40,277 nt of DNA from a virus. Lineage: Duplodnaviria > Caudoviricetes. The first letter of the stretch is position 1, and each line of letters begins with the position of its first letter. A program made the translations under genes and the position numbers. The stretch spans positions 1-40,277 of the IMG/VR virus record IMGVR_UViG_3300037789_000103; one strand, given 5' to 3'. Below, in pieces: positions 35,725-40,277 of this stretch. The notes under the pieces are model-generated. The model was not told where the DNA came from, ran no database searches, and saw only the letters and a list, made by a program, of their open reading frames with translations.

Positions 35725-35736
35725 GGGAGAGATCAG

Positions 35737-36669
35737 ATGACCCCTTTTGATATTGCACGCTCATATCTGGGCACGACAGAGGGTCCCGGGATTGAGGATA
35801 ATCCTGCGATTCTGGAAATGTATACGAGCATTGGCCAGGACTGGGTGGAACATGATGATGTCGCCTGGTGTGCGGCCTTTGTCGGGCACTGCCTTGAGAA
35901 AGCCGGGATCAAATCCACCCGTCGTTTGACGGCGCGGTCCTATTTAGCTTGGGGCATTCCAATTGAGATCTCGGAGGCCCAACCAGGCGATATTGGGATT
36001 GTCTCCCGAGGCTCTGCCTCTTGGCAGGGGCATGTGTTCTTCATTGATCGTATCGAGGGCAACTGGGTTTGGGCTTTGGGTGGTAACCAAGGGGATGCGG
36101 TGTCGATCAAACGCTATCCGATCTCAAAGCTTTTGGGGGTGCGTCGCGCGGGACATGTCTCGCCCGTGATGCGGCTCTCAGTGGAGGAGGTGCAAAGACG
36201 CCTGAAGGCGCTTGGGTATCACGAGGTGGGCGCGCTCGACGGCAAGATGGGGCCGCGCACGCGTACGGCTATTCTGGCCTTCCGAGAAGAGGAGGTGCTG
36301 CCATTGGAGCCGGTGATCGATGTGGCGCTTGAGGAGGCGTTAGAGACCGCACGTCCGCGAGAGGTCGATCAAACGCGTGCCCAAGGTCGCCCAGATGAGA
36401 GCCGTATTTTGCGCGCTGCTCAGGGACAAATCGGTCTTGGCGCCGTGGGGGTGGTTGGGGCTCTCACAGCCCACATCGCGCCATTCCTGGATCAGGTGGA
36501 AGACGTGCAAGGTGGCGCACTTCGGCTCTTGCATGCTTTGGGACTGGAGACGGCTGTCTCGAGCATTATGCCTTGGCTTACCTTTGCCCTCTTCGCAGGC
36601 ATTCTGGTTCTCGCCTTTAAGGCTCGTCAGGCGCGCCTAGACGATCACCGTTCGGGAAAAACACCATGA
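35737..36669 (+). CDS. Endolysin: TIGR02594 NlpC/P60-CHAP-like domain, PG-binding domain, C-terminal hydrophobic helices
   Basis: DDVAWCAAFV, GHVFF, LGGNQGDAV; VQRRLKALGY..DGKMGPRT. Confidence 0.85.
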   Translation: MTPFDIARSYLGTTEGPGIEDNPAILEMYTSIGQDWVEHDDVAWCAAFVGHCLEKAGIKSTRRLTARSYLAWGIPIEISEAQPGDIGIVSRGSASWQGHVFFIDRIEGNWVWALGGNQGDAVSIKRYPISKLLGVRRAGHVSPVMRLSVEEVQRRLKALGYHEVGALDGKMGPRTRTAILAFREEEVLPLEPVIDVALEEALETARPREVDQTRAQGRPDESRILRAAQGQIGLGAVGVVGALTAHIAPFLDQVEDVQGGALRLLHALGLETAVSSIMPWLTFALFAGILVLAFKARQARLDDHRSGKTP

Positions 36670-36932
36670 GCAGCATGATCTGGAGAGCCCTCTCTTGGCT
36701 GTCGCTGCGTGGCCGCTTTTTGATGACCTGGATAAGCCTTGTGGGTCTTGCCTTTGGTGTTGGGGTTCTGCGCGGTCGTAAGGCCGCTCAACTGTCGATC
36801 ACATTGGCGCGTGCAGATCAAAAAATTGCCGCTCTGAAAGCGCGGCAGGCGATCTCAAATGAGGTGAGACAGCAGTCAAGTGATGAGATGCGCAGGCGTC
36901 TCAAGGCTTGGAGTGCGAAGACAAGACGATGA
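36666..36932 (+). CDS. Putative i-spanin (Rz-like)
   Basis: N-terminal TM helix plus basic coiled region; coupled to the endolysin. Confidence 0.6.
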   Translation: MSSMIWRALSWLSLRGRFLMTWISLVGLAFGVGVLRGRKAAQLSITLARADQKIAALKARQAISNEVRQQSSDEMRRRLKAWSAKTRR

Positions 36933-36938
36933 GGGCCA

Positions 36939-37190
36939 TCATCTTTCCTGATAGGGTTTAGAGGTCCGGATCGCCCGATATTCGAAATCTTTGCCAACGC
37001 GTTTTTGCACCAAATTGACATGTCCCCGCTCGGAGTGCAGGCGCGCGAAATCCATAATCCGCATGGACGCACGGATGCGGGCCGTACCGTAGACGAAATG
37101 TTCGCGCGGTTTGGCGGTTTTAAGAAACGCCTCAAACTCATCAAAGCCTGCACGGGGTCCGCGCAGTGTGAGTGTCGAATCTAAACTCAT
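36939..37190 (-). CDS. Hypothetical protein, paralog of 3396-3710
   Basis: GGAGG RBS; SERGHVNLVQKRVGKDFEYRAIR versus SEKNLVHLVQSRLGPDHFEYRAVAR. Confidence 0.75.
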   Translation of the reverse strand: MSLDSTLTLRGPRAGFDEFEAFLKTAKPREHFVYGTARIRASMRIMDFARLHSERGHVNLVQKRVGKDFEYRAIRTSKPYQER

Positions 37191-37279
37191 AAGTCCTCCC
37201 CAGGTCTTGGGGTGACCTTAGGGCACTTAAGTCTCAGGTCCAGACCAAAAGGACCGAAGCATAGCTTTGGAGTAATCTC

Positions 37280-37468
37280 ATGCTCAAAATGTTTTGGCTT
37301 TGCGTATTCTCTGTGCAAGCCGCCTGTACGGGCCTTGTGCTATCACCCGAGTGTGAGTGGGCTGAGCCCATCCGGCCGCAGCTGGAGGATCACCTCTCTG
37401 AGCCCACCGCTCGTCAAATCCTCACCCATAATGAAACCGGCGCGCGTCTTTGCGGATGGCGCCCATGA
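37280..37468 (+). CDS. Putative o-spanin lipoprotein (Rz1-like)
   Basis: Short signal ending QAA-C; mature part CEWAEPIRP...QILTHNETGARLCGW. Confidence 0.65.
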   Translation: MLKMFWLCVFSVQAACTGLVLSPECEWAEPIRPQLEDHLSEPTARQILTHNETGARLCGWRP

Positions 37469-37818
37469 GCTGCGCGACCCTGTCTGAAGGGCCGGTGATC
37501 TTGATCGGCTATCTTTGGCGTCTGCAGATTGAAGCGGCAGCACCTCTCTTTGAGGCTGATGCGCGTTATTTTGCACAACTGCGTCGAAAGCGTACTGATC
37601 CTGAAGTGCTGACAGATCTCTCAACAGAGGAGGGTGGCATCACTTGGATTAGTGACACGGTCTTAGAGCTGAGCCTGTCGGTAGAGCAAACATCGCAGCT
37701 CTCATCGGGGCAGGTGGTGATGGATCTCAATCGGCGCGATCTAACGCCTGCAGTGCATTTAGGGATCCTTTTAGAGGTTCCGGTGATTTGGCCCGTGACG
37801 CGGGGAGTGGGGGCATGA
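37465..37818 (+). CDS. Hypothetical tail-fibre-region protein (BppU-like adaptor?)
   Basis: ATGA coupling; beta-rich; ends PVTRG. Confidence 0.6.
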   Translation: MSCATLSEGPVILIGYLWRLQIEAAAPLFEADARYFAQLRRKRTDPEVLTDLSTEEGGITWISDTVLELSLSVEQTSQLSSGQVVMDLNRRDLTPAVHLGILLEVPVIWPVTRGVGA

Positions 37819-38021
37819 CCATCGTCTCTCCACCGTCGGGGGCGATCACAATCACGGCCCCTATTCGCGTTGAGGTCGCAACGGGGCCTCTAAGGCTTCA
37901 GCTCTTGGGACAGCCCGGACCGCGTGGGGAAATTGGCCCGCAGGGCGACAAGGGCGATCCCGGTGAGCCGGGCATCACCATCCTTCCATCCAATGTGACG
38001 TTAAACGGAGGCTTCTTCTGA
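37815..38021 (+). CDS. Short collagen-like protein
   Basis: GQPGPRGEIGPQGDKGDPGEPG; ends LNGGFF. Confidence 0.75.
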   Translation: MTIVSPPSGAITITAPIRVEVATGPLRLQLLGQPGPRGEIGPQGDKGDPGEPGITILPSNVTLNGGFF

Positions 38022-39136
38022 TGGCCAATACCATTCAATTAAAACGCCGCGCTTCGGGAAACGCTGGCGCACCTGCCGCTCTCAAGTCGGGAGAGGTGGC
38101 GCATAACGAGGTGGATAACACGCTCTACATCGGGAAGGGCGATGATGGGGCAGGGAATGCGACCACGGTGACGCCTCTTGCGGGCCTCGGTGCATTTGTC
38201 GATCTGGCGAGTGCACAGTCGATTGCGGGGTCTAAGACCTTTGCTGTTGTTCCCAAGTCCGCGCAAGACGCGACGGGGGCAACAGAGCTCATCCGCAAAT
38301 CGCAATTCGATCTCTCCCTTTCTGAAAAATCTAATCTCGGTCACGGTCATGCGATGTCTGATGTCTCAGGGCTTGAGGAGGCGCTAGTGGGCAAGTCCGC
38401 AACAGGGCACGGACATGCGATTGCAGATGTGACGGGCCTTCAAGCAGAGCTGACTGCGAAAGCTCCGCTTGCATCACCAGCTTTAACCGGAACGCCGACG
38501 GCGCCGACGGCTGCTGTTAGTACAAATACAACGCAACTTGCCACGACAGCCTTTGTTCAAGGGGCGCTTGCGGGCTTTGGCGCGGGTGACATGCTGGCTG
38601 CCACTTATGATGCGGATGGGGATGGTAAGGTTGATGCGGCCGACGTGGCTGATGTGGCGCCATGGGCGGGCATTACCGGTAAGCCTACGACCTTCACCCC
38701 TGCGGCCCATGGTCATGGGATCTCTGAGATCACTGGCCTTCAAACTACCTTGAATGCAAAGGCGGCTCTTGCCTCTCCCACGTTCACGGGCACTCCGACA
38801 GCTCCGACGGCCGCGCAGGGGACTAACAGTACACAGCTTGCAACAACGGGATTTGTGGCGGCCGCCATTGCCACGCTGATCGATGCCGCTCCAGGAGCGC
38901 TTAATACGCTGAATGAACTTGCAGCCGCTTTAGGGGATGATCCCAATTTTGCGAGTACAGTAACCAACGGTTTGGCGTCGAAGCTACAGGCGTCGCTGAA
39001 CTTGAGCGACCTGACCAATCTGGCGACGGCGCGGGGCAATTTGGGTCTTGGCTCAATGGCAACGCAAGTGGCAACTGATGTCTCTATCACGGGCGGCACG
39101 ATTAACGGTATTGCTCTTGATGGTGGGACCTTCTGA
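38021..39136 (+). CDS. Tail fibre shaft protein
   Basis: Three HGHx(I/M)xx(V/I)xGL repeats, two SPxxTGTPTAPT repeats, LNTLNELAAALGDDPNFA; ends LDGGTF. Confidence 0.85.
   Translation: MANTIQLKRRASGNAGAPAALKSGEVAHNEVDNTLYIGKGDDGAGNATTVTPLAGLGAFVDLASAQSIAGSKTFAVVPKSAQDATGATELIRKSQFDLSLSEKSNLGHGHAMSDVSGLEEALVGKSATGHGHAIADVTGLQAELTAKAPLASPALTGTPTAPTAAVSTNTTQLATTAFVQGALAGFGAGDMLAATYDADGDGKVDAADVADVAPWAGITGKPTTFTPAAHGHGISEITGLQTTLNAKAALASPTFTGTPTAPTAAQGTNSTQLATTGFVAAAIATLIDAAPGALNTLNELAAALGDDPNFASTVTNGLASKLQASLNLSDLTNLATARGNLGLGSMATQVATDVSITGGTINGIALDGGTF
38459..38857 (+). repeat. 33-aa internal duplication in the fibre gene
   Basis: KAPLASPALTGTPTAPTAA...TTAFV (38459-38557) and KAALASPTFTGTPTAPTAA...TTGFV (38759-38857). 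Confidence 0.85.
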
Positions 39137-39198
39137 GCGCGTTTAAGTCCGCGACACTCTTTCCAATCAATAAGTGATGGCAGGTCAAAGGAGGCCCG

Positions 39199-39945
39199 AT
39201 GGCCAGTACAATTACGCATAAGCGGTCCGCAATTGCGGGCAAGGTCCCAACCGTGGCACAGCTTGCCTTGGGGGAGATCGCGATCAACACCCGCGATGGT
39301 AAGATTTACATCAAGCGCGACAATGGGACGGCATCGGTTCTGGAGATCGGGGCGACTGGACCACAGGGACCAGAAGGACCGCCGGGCCCGCAGGGGCCCG
39401 TTGGACCTTCACAGTTTCCACTGTCGCAGCCCAGCGCCACGAGGGGAGCCGTTTACTTTAATCCCAGTGATGAAAAGCTTTACATCTACAACGGCACTTA
39501 TTGGGCGGGCGTGAAATTTGCCAACCCCTATCTCAATCTGGTCACGGGCACCGCCAACAATATCTTCGCGAACGGTGCCGTACATGGGGATGTGGGGATC
39601 GGCTACATCGGCACGACCTATGTTCCCCCCTCAACCAGTGAAAACCAAGCCGTGGCCTATCGCTTTACCAATCTGCGAGCAACAGGGTCGGTTACAGTGA
39701 CCGGCACTGTCAGCCCGACCAGCAGCACCGTCTCAGGCAATGACCGAGATATTACGATCTATAAGAACGGTGTTGCTATTGCTAGCGCTGGTGGCCCTTA
39801 CGGACCTTACAGCACGACCGTCACAACCAGCATTGCGGTCAACGATGTCTTCGAGTGGAAAATCCGTGACGTTTATTGGCGCTACTCTGCCAGTGGTGCT
39901 CAGGCCGATAACTGTAAGATCACGACCGGGAGTAGTCTCACATGA
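39199..39945 (+). CDS. Distal tail fibre / putative receptor-binding protein
   Basis: TITHKRS..LGEIAINTRDGKIY N-terminus, Gly-X-Y linker, Thr/Tyr-rich beta domain. Confidence 0.75.
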   Translation: MASTITHKRSAIAGKVPTVAQLALGEIAINTRDGKIYIKRDNGTASVLEIGATGPQGPEGPPGPQGPVGPSQFPLSQPSATRGAVYFNPSDEKLYIYNGTYWAGVKFANPYLNLVTGTANNIFANGAVHGDVGIGYIGTTYVPPSTSENQAVAYRFTNLRATGSVTVTGTVSPTSSTVSGNDRDITIYKNGVAIASAGGPYGPYSTTVTTSIAVNDVFEWKIRDVYWRYSASGAQADNCKITTGSSLT

Positions 39946-40277
39946 TGTATCAATGGACAGATGAGACCCTCCGTGCTGTTTGCGTCATCGACGACAGTGT
40001 CCCTCTCGAAGATCAGGTGCCGTGCATTATCACAGACCGGGATCTAGACTGGGCGCAGCTTCCCTTTGATCAGGTGCAGCCGTCGCAGGTCGAAGACTAT
40101 CTCCTCCTACAGCGGGTTCGGAAAACGCGCGACAGGTTGCTTCAGGGGAGTGACTGGACGCAGCTCAGCGACGCACCCGTCGATCGCGACGCTTGGGCGC
40201 GCTACAGGCAGTTACTCAGGGATCTGCCGCAGCAAGAAGGGTTCCCGGGGGAGGTAGTTTGGCCGGAGGTGGGGTGA
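39942..40277 (+). CDS. Tail fibre assembly chaperone
   Basis: VRKTRDRLLQGSDWTQLSDAP...WARYRQLLRDLPQQEGFP..V.WP. Confidence 0.85.
   Translation: MMYQWTDETLRAVCVIDDSVPLEDQVPCIITDRDLDWAQLPFDQVQPSQVEDYLLLQRVRKTRDRLLQGSDWTQLSDAPVDRDAWARYRQLLRDLPQQEGFPGEVVWPEVG

Larger units (their letters stand above)
1..40277. mobile_element. Lambda-like siphovirus prophage (serine-integrase type); ends lie outside the window
   Basis: Contiguous integration, replication, packaging, head, tail, lysis and fibre modules in canonical order. Confidence 0.95.

Noticed and set aside
1-40277. Gene transfer agent cluster
   Set aside because: Has an integrase, a replication module, a cos-like site and lambda GpA/gpE-type head genes, which indicates a prophage rather than an RcGTA-like cluster
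38021-40277. Diversity-generating retroelement or invertible fibre cassette
   Set aside because: No reverse transcriptase, invertase or adenine-specific TR/VR pair seen; the internal fibre repeats differ at all base types. Elements beyond the window cannot be excluded

Overview
The whole window is one lambda-like siphovirus prophage of an alphaproteobacterium. A Rhodobacteraceae-type host is inferred from gene families and an alpha-type LexA box. The window begins and ends exactly at stop codons, so the att sites are not visible. Gene order: large serine recombinase and DUF2924 (minus strand); a wHTH regulator behind a LexA box; AlpA/Xis-like HTH; Sak4-like ATPase, SSB-like protein and Cas4-like nuclease; primase-helicase followed by an iteron-type origin; RuvC-like resolvase; DUF6362; a lambda-cos-like site; ParB-methyltransferase with a 288-aa intein; terminases, gpW, portal, Clp protease, decoration protein and gpE capsid; tail genes including a -1 frameshift chaperone; lysis genes; and a chain of tail-fibre genes. 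The late region carries many morons: htpX, three complete type II toxin-antitoxin pairs plus an orphan AbrB, tRNA-Leu(UAA) and tRNA-Ile2(CAU), a bactofilin plus secreted nuclease pair, and small unknown ORFs. Most notable: (i) no CI repressor is visible, but a perfect host LexA box precedes a putative activator; (ii) three morons have sigma32/RpoH-type promoters; (iii) the intein has a GIY-YIG-like rather than LAGLIDADG core; (iv) fibre proteins have recurring [DN]GGx[FY] C-termini and TIxxKR..GE N-termini; (v) a DnaA-box cluster lies inside the tail module. All family calls come from motif recognition by eye; no database search was run.
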